A stretch of 62,938 nt of DNA, the filler included, from Octopus bimaculoides (taxonomy: Eukaryota), in assembly GCF_001194135.2 (NCBI RefSeq). It is 11 parts of 8 records of this genome, joined end to end, with 100 filler letters (N's around TTAATTAATTAA, not from the genome) between each part and the next. Parts side by side here need not be neighbours in the genome. Positions count along the whole stretch, not along the records: positions 51,021 to 56,640 come from NC_069000.1; positions 56,741 to 59,780 come from NC_068999.1; positions 59,881 to 62,938 come from NC_068996.1; 8 more parts are not named here. One strand, given 5' to 3'. Positions 52,546-62,938 of this stretch are shown one piece after another. Both the position numbers and the translations under genes were made by a program. The notes beneath the pieces were generated by a model. That model had not been told where the DNA came from and searched no databases. It worked only from the letters and a program-made list of their open reading frames with translations. Positions within the stretch are counted from its first letter, which is position 1. Each line of letters starts with the position of its first letter.

Positions 52546-55384
52546 AATAAAAACCAATATATATCTTTGTGGGTGGAAAGGAAATCCTGCCCCAAGTTTG
52601 GCGTGATTACTTTGATGTTACTTTTAGGAACGTACTCCAAAATAAACTTTAATGTTTACAGTCTGATGTTTTGTCTTTCTTTGGAAATTATACCATAATA
52701 ATTAAATTTGTAGCGATTTTACTCTTTTAAAATGAATTTAGATGAGACCCATGTCAGACACTGCATGCTGTATGAATTCACAAAAGGTTTTTTCAGCAAT
52801 AGAATCGGCAAAAATTATTCGTTCTCATTACAGAAATGAAGCTTTAAGTGTTCGAACAAGCCAACGAGGTTTTTCTAGTTTCGCTCGGAAAAATTTGTTT
52901 TCAGATTTCCCTTCATCTGGAAAACCAAATTCCTTCAAGAGAGGTGAACCCTGACATATCTTTCAAAGCTAGGTAACCAAAGTATCAGTCCAATACTGTG
53001 TTTCGAGACAATCGCTTGTACAATTAATTAGATTTAGTTTCACTGCTTTCGAGGATTCTCATGACTCTCAGTCTACGTCCAATTTCATTATTATGAATCT
53101 GAATTGAGAGCTGGAGTCATAGTGAATCATTCATTGGTTGATTACACGATAACCGACACAACCCTTATGGATGTGTTGCAGTTATTCTCTTGGTAGAACT
53201 TAGTGATCCTGATCGTTGATCTTCTTGGAATCCTCCACTCACCATCAATGTAAGAAGCACTGTTGGCTCAGATGAGCTCTTCTGCTACCTCTTCACAATT
53301 CACCATACTGCAGTCCCATGACTTTGCCGTATCTCTGGCAGGATGGCTGAACGGATGCTATGCCTTGCCAAGGGGCTGCCTGTAACTATGCAGGGAATGG
53401 TCCTCACACCGTGAGGTATTTTTCAAAATCCCTGCATACTCTTAATTGTACAATTAACCCCAATTAAAACGTGTCTTCTTGAGACCTATTTTAAAAACCA
53501 TTGTATCCACTTAATAAAAGCATCAACACGAGGCAACAAGGACACCTAACATGATGATTGAGTCAGCTATAAATAGATGTCAAATCTTTACCAAATTATG
53601 ATACTTTCTTAATAGACAAAGGACACAGTAAAGTTATAGTTCTAAACAACTTTTGAACATGGCCTGTCCATGGGTTAAACCAAATTTCCAAACAACAGCA
53701 AATGTGATTTGAAGTAAAATGTAATTTTAAAAATATACATTAAGCAGGCTAAACTTTTAGTTTATAAAATTTTACTCTGTTTTATTAAAAGTTGGCTGTG
53801 AGACTAATAATCGTGACACGAATTTATTGAATTCCAAATGTCAACATGCTAACACTTACACGTCATCACCAGAAATATTGTAGATTATTATATAAACATT
53901 TATGCTATCAGTGAACAGACTTTTAAATTTGAATTTAAAATTTCTCTGTATTTTTCTTCTTTCACTTTGAAGTGTCTGATTTCAGCTTGTAAATATATAA
54001 GAGAATTTAAAAGTTACATTTCAAACTTTCTTAATGTTAGTCTATCACTATCATTATTTTATCATTTCTCAATATTATTTTATCATAACTAGTACGTTTG
54101 AAAGGGTGACAGATTAAAAGGATAGGTTGAGCGCTGCACAAAACATCTTGCGCTACATTTGGTCAAATCCCACCGAGGTAAAATTTATTTTACACCGTTT
54201 TTGTGGATAAAGTACCATTCAAATACCTGGAGCAGTTTAATCGACTAGCACCTCGACCCTTCATAATTCTTTGACCTTGAGTTTATTTGTTGACGGAACA
54301 TCTTTCCAGATCTTGTGCTGTTTCCACGCTCTGGTGTTTCAAATCGTGCTCCCGAGTAGTCTGTTTGTCTCGTTTTATCAGATATTGTAATGCTTTATGG
54401 CATTGGCTTTTCAGTTTCTCTTGTTGCTACGGACACTCCAGCTAACTATTGGTTTTGTTACAAAAACAGATTTCAAAAATCTTCCTAATGTTTGTTGAGT
54501 GGGATATCATATTACTTTCTATTGTTTTACGACTATTTTTATTTATTTTACAATAGAATATTTTATGGGTTATTTTCAAATGAGAGCTTTTAAGAATATC
54601 ATATTTCTCGTGTGTTACACCTTTTTAATCTATTGCTTAAAGTAAATTATGGTTTTGTTTTTATAATTCGAGTGTTTACAGTTGTGTAGTTATAAAACAC
54701 GTGTTTTTGTTAATATTTCATCCGGATTCTATGTTTAATCTTCCCTTCAATGCTGATTTCTCCTATCTTTTATGCTAATACTGTATTTAATCCTGTATAA
54801 GTTATTGTTGTGAGTATTTAACTGGGTGACAGAATTTACTCGTATAATAAAGTGAAGTTTTATCCCGTTTCACATATTGCGTCCCTTAATACAATGTTTC
54901 TTATAGAAGAGGGCTACTCACATCCACCATCAACAGTCAAGATGCGGAAAGGAGGTGGAAAATCAGCATGTTTCTTAAAATTAAAACGGTTTCCAACTTT
55001 TACAACTTGTCAAACACAATGGTGAAGGAAGAAGAATTTACATGAATACAAAATCCATTTTATCATCCAATTATCTAGCGGAAGCGGCACTAATTCCATT
55101 AATACATTTTTGCGAAGGTGGGAGTGATAATCTACATCGGGCTTATGAAGAAATGGTCTCTTAAACGTAAACCAACTATTCATGGGTGTCACCTCAGCTT
55201 GTTGTGAGTATTTTTTATCCTTCTGATGTTGACTTTGCCTTTCATCCTTTCGAAGTCGATGAAATAAGTCGCGCACTGTGATCGATTGTCACTTTCCCTC
55301 AAAATTTTAGGCTTCTGATGCCCATATTAGAAAAGGTTATTATTATTATTAATATTATTATTAATATTATCATTATCATTATCA

Positions 55385-55459
<75 letters not shown>

Positions 55460-55460
<1 letters not shown>

Positions 55461-55670
55461 GACGGCGAGATGGCAGAATCGTTAATACGCCAGACAAAAT
55501 GCTTTGCGACACTTCGCCCATCTTTACGTTCTCAGTTCAAATTCCACCGAGGTGGACTTTGCCTTTCATTCTTTGGAGGTCAATAAAATAAAAACTAGTC
55601 TAGCATTGGCATCAATGTAACCGACTTACTCCTCCTCCAAAATTGCTGGCCTGGTACCAAATTTTGAAAT
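55460..55670 (+). mobile_element. tRNA-head SINE
   Basis: gacggcgagatggcagaatcg...gttcaaattccaccgaggtggactttgcctttcatt. Confidence 0.8.
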
Positions 55671-56393
55671 CTTTATTACATATAGCTCTCGAAAGTTTGT
55701 TATTATTTCTATTATTAGAAGTAGTAGTAGTAGTAGTAGTAGTATAGTTGAAATAGTAGTAGTAACATTACAATTATCATTAATTCGTTTCAGTTATTGC
55801 ACACTATTCTTAAGTAGAATCTCGAGTTACTTATTTCATTGAATAAACAATTATTTTTGAAAAATGCTGGAAATGAAAATATCATTTAAAAAGACTTAAA
55901 GAAAATAAAATAATAAGAAAATATACAGTAATTTTAATTTTTAGTTTGGTGTTATTTTCCCCAGCCCAGCCCGCCCCCAGCAACATCCGGAATGCTTGAA
56001 ACAATTAGATTCACAACTACAGACTCTATAACAGCAGAAACAAGAACAACAGTGTTAATGGCAACAAAAACAAAAGCAGTAACCGTGTCTGCAAGAGAGT
56101 AACAATACGAATAATAACAAAACATGAACTTTCATCGCAAGGATAAATAGCAACAATAAAAACGACGGCAATTTTAGCGATAATAAGAACAAGAGTAGGG
56201 AGAATAGCAACATATCAGTTCCAAGCACGTTCATAGCAACGTCAAGGAAAATAGCAACATTATCAACGACAACGGTAAAAAAACGCAATGGTAACGGCAG
56301 AAAATGCAATAACAACAGTGCAAGAACATTAACATGTATGTCAGAACAATTTCGACATGAACGATAGCAAACTCTTAGTTTCCTAATAATATT

Positions 56394-56459
<66 letters not shown>

Positions 56460-56460
<1 letters not shown>

Positions 56461-56640
56461 CAAAATCAAGAAAAATAATGACAGGATATAGGATGCACCA
56501 CCCAAAATCTGACATAGAAAGGCTATATATACAACGCACAGAAGGTGGCAGGGGTCTTATACAGCTAAAAAACTATTATAAAATAACCACCATAGGACTG
56601 CAAAAATACCTACTCCAGAAGCAAGGGAAACTAATACAAA
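56460..56640 (+). mobile_element. 5'-truncated R4/Dong-clade non-LTR retrotransposon fragment joined to (AAT)n
   Basis: Open frame TKSRKIMTGYRMHHPKSDIERLYIQRTEGGRGLIQL matches the post-RT motif KTRK.LT..RMHHPK.D..RLY..R..GGRGL of R4/Dong elements. Confidence 0.85.
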
Positions 56641-56740
56641 NNNNNNNNNNNNNNNNNNNNNNNNNNNNNNNNNNNNNNNNNNNNTTAATTAATTAANNNN
56701 NNNNNNNNNNNNNNNNNNNNNNNNNNNNNNNNNNNNNNNN
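56641..56740. other. Artificial scaffold linker
   Basis: 44N + TTAATTAATTAA (56685-56696) + 44N. Confidence 0.97.
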
Positions 56741-57261
56741 ACTTTTGTTATTTACACCACCTGTCCTCGTCTGTTGTTATTATTTGTATATTCTCCCATA
56801 TATATATATATGTATATATACATTATCATCATCATCATCCAACAGCTGTTTTCCATGCTGGCATGGGTTGGATGGTTTGATAGGAAGACCTGGTCAGCTG
56901 GAATCGTTAACGGTTTGCAACCGTTTACTAAACATGTAGGAATTGAACACTCATTTTGTATATCTTAAACTCCCTCTGAAAAGATTCGACTTGCAAATAA
57001 TTTTTTCATCTTATCAATTAATTTTCTGAAGGTCGTGAATTGAAACAGCTGTAAGAGGTGTTTCTCAATTTTTTAATTAATAAATAATGACTTATTAATT
57101 ATCTCTCTATTTTCTTATCTTATACTAAATAAATATATATAAACCAAGGGTTATATAGATACCCTGCAGCTGAATATTAACTGGAATGTTCAATATTCTT
57201 TGTATAGGTAACTAACCAGTACTTTCACAGGATTTTGCTATCCCTTAATGANNNNNNNNNN

Positions 57262-57298
<37 letters not shown>

Positions 57299-58235
57299 TA
57301 TGCATATGTGTATTTGGGGTCCCCACCACCACCACCACCACCACCACCACCACTACTTGAAGCTTGACAACAAATGTTGGTTTGTTCCTGTCTTCTTAAC
57401 TTACCAGTTTGGCCAGAAATGACCAATGGAAAAAATACCAGAGGATCAAATAAGTACTATGATCCAACTGATTGATCTAACCCTTCAAGGCAGGGCCCCA
57501 GGGTGGCTGCAAACCAATAACTGAATCAAATACATGAAGAAAAGAATACAGACTCCACCATATACACATAGATACATACATGCACGCACAGACATGCTCA
57601 CACACACACACACACACACATATACACGTCATGTATTGTATAATACAGGAATCTCCACTGGTTTCTACATTGTGTAATACAATTTATTTGTTTGAGAGTG
57701 AACTAGCAGCTCATTAAATTAGCATTTAAGAAACATCAATGTCATTTTAATGACCATGTACCATGCTGGCATGGATTGGATGACCTGAAAAGATGCAGGT
57801 GGTGCAACAATTACATTGTCCTGCAGTGTCTACTCTGGTATGATTTCTGCAGCTGGATGCATTTCCTAAAGGGACAACTAACTGCTTTACAGTGGGTACT
57901 GGGTGCGATTTTCATGGTACCAGCATTAGTAGGGTTGCTATGCTGCTTAACAAACTACAATCCATGGAGGGGATAGTTATAGACTAGATGCAGAGTAAAA
58001 GCACGTGAGAAAGGGCCAGAGAAGAATAGGTCCCTTGATGCAGAAAAGCTATATGACATCTCATATTTCAGAAGAGAAGGGGTGGGGGTGATTGGGTGGA
58101 GCTAGAAGGTGACAAAAATAGTGGTGATAAGGTGTGAGGATGGATTCTCAATATATGAGGTGAGTAGAAATATAAGGGACAGAGGAACCAAAAGTATGGG
58201 TCAAGATGAGGTTGCAAGAGAGGATGGCAGATGAG

Positions 58236-58387
58236 CAGGGCCGGCTCAAGGTACCAGCAACTTGGGTAGTCATCCAGGGTGCCATGTGTTAGGGCGTGAC
58301 AAAGACAAGGAAAATTCCACAACTGTCAGCTTGTACACACCGAAGTTCAGCTTGTCTGGGATGCGAGCAACCCTAGGGTCGGCCCTG
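58236..58387. mobile_element. 152-bp hAT MITE with perfect 8-bp TSD
   Basis: TIRs cagggccggctcaag / ctagggtcggccctg; TSD CAGATGAG at 58228-58235 and 58388-58395. Confidence 0.9.
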
Positions 58388-58663
58388 CAGATGAGTGAGG
58401 AGAAGGTATCTTTAATGTAATTCGAAGGTGGGATCAGTGTGACTGGTCACATCATTTCTGTTGGTTCAGTTTCACCTGGAAGGCTTGATTCCACTCAAAG
58501 CAATGGCAAATAACACCAGCCCAAGGATGTCTCTCAACAGAATTGAACCCGAGATCTCATCATTGTTAAGTGAACGTCTTATCCATTCGTCCACATAAGC
58601 CCACACCCACATCCAAATCCATATATGAATTACACACACATACATGCACACACACACAGGCAC

Positions 58664-58694
<31 letters not shown>

Positions 58695-58716
58695 ATCACG
58701 TGTATGTTATGCTTAC

Positions 58717-58921
58717 CTTGCTGAATATGATGACAGGAATAATAGACGTTTGCAAGAATTTCAGCAATGCAAATGGCACCATTGACGAGAGCAAAATACT
58801 CATTGTAGTGCAGTACGTCCCTAGGTATAGCAACATGTGTAAGCTCTTCTGCTGGTAGTGCAACACCAGCATTCCAATAACAACCGTCTGCACTGCCAAG
58901 AAGATTGCTTCTCCATAAGAA
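58717..58921 (-). CDS. MPDU1: Internal exon of mannose-P-dolichol utilization defect 1 protein (PQ-loop family)
   Basis: Acceptor tctttgcag, donor AAG|GTAAGC; 205 nt, phase 2 to 0. Encodes SYGEAIFLAVQTVVIGMLVLHY...LLKFLQTSIIPVIIFSK, matching MPDU1 [22 protein letters not shown]...LLQASNVPAVVVGR. Confidence 0.9.
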
Positions 58922-59409
58922 CTGCAAAGACAGAAAATATAACAACAGATATAAGAAAAAAAACCCAAAGAAAAACGATTATTATTATTTTATCTTTATG
59001 ACAGGTTTTGTTGGAGCTCTTGGAGTCTTGCATGCATAGTGGGATTATTACCTACAACCTACAGTACCACGCTATTCGTTCTTTTCAGCTATCTAATATT
59101 TTCCTGATGATTCTGGCCGTGCCAAGGAGGCAAACCTTTTGTTACAGTTCTACTGGTCACTCTATTCCAATTTCCTTTATATTCCTCTTGATGCCTTCTG
59201 ATACTGTCCCCAAGGACCCAACAATAATTGGCACTATCTTCACCCTCTTCATTTTCCATAACCGTGCTATTTCGTACTTAAGAGGGTTGTATTTCTCATT
59301 TCCCCAGCGTTAAACTAATACATCTGTTTGTTGTTCACACACCTGTCTTCGTCTTTTGTTTTTTTGTAAATTTTCACTATACATATATATGTATGTACGT
59401 GTGTGTATC

Positions 59410-59615
59410 CGTTGTGTTTGTTCCCCTATCACCACTCGACATCCGGAATTGGTGTGTTTACATCCCTCTAGCCTACCAGTTCAGCAAAAGCGAAAGACAG
59501 AATAAATACTAGGTTTACAAAGAATAAATCCTGGGGTCGATTTCTTCGACTAAAACCCTTTAAGGCGCCGCTCCAGCATGGCCACAGGTAAACGACTGAA
59601 ACAAGTAACAGAATA
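59410..59615 (+). mobile_element. 3' half of composite SINE
   Basis: ggtgtgtttacatccc...ctggggtcgatt...ggcgccgctccagcatggccacag...gactgaaacaagtaa. Confidence 0.8.
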
Positions 59616-59780
59616 AAAGAATATATACACATCCATATTCTGGTATTACTAATACATACACTCACATTGTAACCACTTTGACTCTTCCATGCCTATATTT
59701 TTAATCAAGGAGTAATAAACCGCCTTTTTTTTCCAAAATAATTCAAAAATAATCAGAAATTTGGGAAAAGTTTAGTAAAG

Positions 59781-59880
59781 NNNNNNNNNNNNNNNNNNNN
59801 NNNNNNNNNNNNNNNNNNNNNNNNTTAATTAATTAANNNNNNNNNNNNNNNNNNNNNNNNNNNNNNNNNNNNNNNNNNNN
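59781..59880. other. Artificial scaffold linker
   Basis: 44N + TTAATTAATTAA (59825-59836) + 44N. Confidence 0.97.
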
Positions 59881-59920
<40 letters not shown>

Positions 59921-60203
59921 TGTGTGCTTGTGTGTATGTGTATAATATATATTAACATACATACATACATGCATTCATACACACACATATACGCATACAT
60001 ACGTACATCCATGCATACATAAAAGCATACATACATGCATACATACATATACATGCATACATACATACATATACATGCATACATACATACGTATACATAC
60101 ATACGTATACATACATACGTATACATACATACATACATACACACACACATACATACGCACACACATACATACACACACACATACATACACATACATACAT
60201 ACA

Positions 60204-60239
<36 letters not shown>

Positions 60240-61059
60240 TATATACATACTGGGTCTAGACCAGATGTACAGACAGAGGATCGTCTAAACAATATTTTTC
60301 AACATTTTCCTCTGCAACTATACTGACCTAGATCGGTAAACGGCTCTCATCTTTCCGTCTTCTTTTACAAATACGAGAACACCTTTTACCCACCAATTCC
60401 GCGCAAATCAAACCAGTTTTGAAAAACAAATATTTACTTGCAAAACATAATTAACATCGATGAGAACAATAACACCAATATTGATACAAACATCACTGCC
60501 ACACGTGTGAGCTATTTTCGAAAACGTAAATACCCCTTGAGTCACCTGGTTTTTGCAATTAAATCAAGATGCTCTCCGATGTTATGAAAATACCCGAGAA
60601 AATCCCAAGATCAGCTTCATAAAACGGTTAAAAATACTGGGCTGAATCTCACCCTAACTTATGTAACTTCACAGCTAAAAACCTACGGCAACGGTCGTCT
60701 ATCTCTGTCTGGAAAATGGCTGCTACAGAGAGTAACTGTTATTCCGATTCCCATAATACAATTCATCTTTCTGACAACATACCAAATTAACCAAAAAACT
60801 CACTGTAACCGGCAAGGCGTAAACAAACTGACATCTCCAGTGCCAACATCACACAACTATCTGGAATCGGTATCTCTATATACTGACTCGATATAGACGA
60901 TTGTGGAATTCAAGCAACTGATAAACATTTTGCAAACGCAGATTGAAAACGATTTCAACGCTTTCTGTTAGTTTTCTTTAAGCAACAGGCCTTTTTTGAC
61001 GAGTGTGGGAAGAAGATGAAATTTTCCACTGATAAAATTTATCAATGATATCTCTGAAG

Positions 61060-61230
61060 AATGTATTATAAAATGTGAAACAAGACAAAGAGGAGACGGA
61101 ACAACAAACAGACGTATTAGCTTGACGCTCTGGAAAAATGGAAAATTTGATGTTTCGAGCCTACGCTCTTCGGTAGAAAGGGATTAGAGAAAAAATGGAG
61201 AGAGTCAAAGAGAAAGAGTGAAAGAGAAGG
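61060..61230 (-). mobile_element. Penelope-like terminal repeat fragment
   Basis: ctaccgaagagcgtaggctcgaaacatcaaattttcc; homologous to 7710-7870. Confidence 0.55.
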
Positions 61231-61321
61231 AGAGAGAGAGAGAGAGAGAAAGAGAAAGAGAAAGAGAGGAGAGAGGAAACCGTATCTGGAATAATGGTTC
61301 CAACACAAATAGCATTTAAAA

Positions 61322-61404
61322 TATACGACAGCTATTTCAGTAGAATTATATTGATGTATTCATAGATTATATCATAACATATAACTCACCATCATCAGGT
61401 AAAA
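61322..61404 (-). ncRNA. Degenerate type I hammerhead motif
   Basis: ttttac-CTGATGA-tggtgagttatat...atataattctact-GAAAT-agct-GTC-gtata. Core largely present, C15.2>U, partial helices. Confidence 0.55.
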
Positions 61405-61835
61405 TTTTAAACAGGTATTAAACAACTGAGATGATACCTTGATCGGGACGAATCTAACAAATATTGTTCTATAAGGAGTATTTAAAAAAATGATATTCGA
61501 ATTTACAGAGATATTCGAAGAGATGGCTATAACGGGCAAGCAAGAAGCAAGGATATTAGGGACATTTTATTAAGGTCATTAGGGATAAATCATGGCAAGA
61601 AAATGTCTGTGATTCTGGTATATTCTCATAGCCAGTACTAGTTATAAACTAATTTAGATAAACGTTTTGAAATTAATATAGACGTTTCATCTTTCTGCTT
61701 CTCGTATACCCGTTAAAACTACTCCTAATTTCTCTATAAATCCGAATGTTGTTTTTAAAATACAATTCGTCCAAGAATGTGGTTTGGATTCATCGTATCA
61801 ATGTCTTATCTCACTTGTTTGAAACCTGTTTAAAA

Positions 61836-61920
61836 TTTTACCTGGAGATGGTGGATTATATATTGTGATGTAATCTGTGAATATATCAATAAAATTCTAC
61901 AGAAAAAGCTGTCGTATTTT
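61836..61920 (+). ncRNA. Degenerate hammerhead motif, inverted paralogue of 61322-61404
   Basis: attttac-CTGGAGA-tggtggattatat...aaaattctaca-GAAAA-agct-GTC-gtatttt aligns with the minus-strand copy. Confidence 0.45.
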
Positions 61921-62147
61921 TATAGTCTATTTGCACACTTCTTTCTTTATACATAGGCCGTACATAAAGCCATCCCCGAATGAGATAGATATACGGTTAA
62001 ATTGGATTTGGTATATCATCTACAGTAGCCGGTCGACGTCTGGTACCTTCATTGGTATTGTACATCATTGTGAACTCTATGTTATTGTACCTAGCCATTT
62101 CAGGCGTCCTACATGCTGATGTGCCTAGATTCTTTTGAATTCTATAA

Positions 62148-62185
<38 letters not shown>

Positions 62186-62228
62186 TAAATAAATGGAGTT
62201 GAACGCAGATGTTATTCAAATTCTTTTA

Positions 62229-62314
62229 CTTTCGACATATGTTTCGAAGACAACATTGGTTTTATTCCAAAGGAATAAACGAGGTAAAATAATGTAATCT
62301 TCTCATCAGGAAAG
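62229..62314 (-). ncRNA. Intact type I hammerhead ribozyme
   Basis: CUUUC-CUGAUGA-GAAGA-[47-nt structured loop]-UCUUC-GAAA-C-AUAU-GUC-GAAAG. Helix I 5 bp, helix II 5 bp, all conserved core nucleotides present, GUC cleavage triplet (cut between 62234 and 62233), palindromic helix III ACAUAUGU. Confidence 0.85.
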
Positions 62315-62683
62315 AAAGAGAACCGATCTCAACAACAAGACATTATAACAATTTTGATGACTGCATAAATGATAAACAGAACGCTATTAAGTATTTTTAA
62401 AATAAACGTTAGTGAATCTGACGTCAAAGGTAGATCATAGAAAGAGAAGGGGTAAATAAATAATAAGTAGAAAACAAACAAAGGAGAAATATAGAGGGAT
62501 ATGTTGTTTCAAAAAATGTTCAAAGGCTTGGAAGTAGATTTCTCTATTGAAGTAAAGTGCAAGGTGAACTAAATGTTCAAACTATACGGACTGGTATAAA
62601 TCACTTATATGAGCTAAAGGTGTGTTTCTGCCAGTGCTTACATTTGTAAGATCACTCTATAAGCACACACACACACGCGCGCG

Positions 62684-62719
<36 letters not shown>

Positions 62720-62724
<5 letters not shown>

Positions 62725-62845
62725 ACACCACGGGCTTCCTTCAGTTTCCGTCTACCAAATCCACTCACAAGGCCTTGATCGGCTCGATACTATAGTAGAA
62801 GACACTTGTCGAAGGTGCCACGCAATGTGACTGAACCCGGAAATA
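62720..62845 (-). mobile_element. Head/core of composite CORE-like SINE
   Basis: cgggcttccttcagtttccgtctaccaaatccactcacaagg...gactgaacccgg. Confidence 0.85.
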
Positions 62846-62938
62846 TCATGACATTTCTGTGATACATGATCCCTATTGATCGGCTTTTTTTAACGATCCC
62901 TTTTGATCGAATTTCTACCCCGCTTTTCTTTTTTTCCT

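Noticed and set aside
54909-54975. 52-nt minus-strand exon KHADFPPPFRILTVDGG (patatin-like DGG)
   Set aside because: The splice sites are plausible, but the DGGG motif is incomplete and there are no supporting exons. Too short to call.
59005-59090. VLLELLESCMHSGIITY as the upstream MPDU1 exon
   Set aside because: It resembles MPDU1 VMLEL..., but it lies on the plus strand, opposite the real exon, and has no suitable donor.
60300-61000. CR1/L2-like RT remnant
   Set aside because: Only faint motif hints with many stops; no diagnostic RT motif could be read.

Overview
AT-rich, microsatellite-saturated animal genomic DNA. The SINE, MITE and Penelope repertoire looks like octopus or another cephalopod; this is an inference from recognition, not a database result. 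The window is not one continuous locus. Ten artificial 100-bp linkers (44 N + TTAATTAATTAA + 44 N) split it into 11 short scaffolds, so adjacency across linkers is unproven. Coding sequence is sparse: the first coding exon of a divergent SLC2A13/HMIT-like sugar transporter (45268-45697, +), one internal MPDU1 exon (58717-58921, -), and three phase-compatible exons (24061-24099, 22611-22859, 20528-20674, -) that splice into an unannotated type I membrane protein with a non-canonical Ig-like domain. The rest is mobile-element debris: two decayed mariners, RTE, R4/Dong, Penelope-like and Helitron fragments, several SINE families with clean nested insertions, and MITEs with intact TSDs. The most notable non-coding signal is a complete type I hammerhead ribozyme (62229-62314, -) with a palindromic minimal helix III, plus several degenerate hammerhead-like relatives, two of them in an inverted pair. 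Nearly all ORFs in the supplied track are microsatellite or N-run artefacts.
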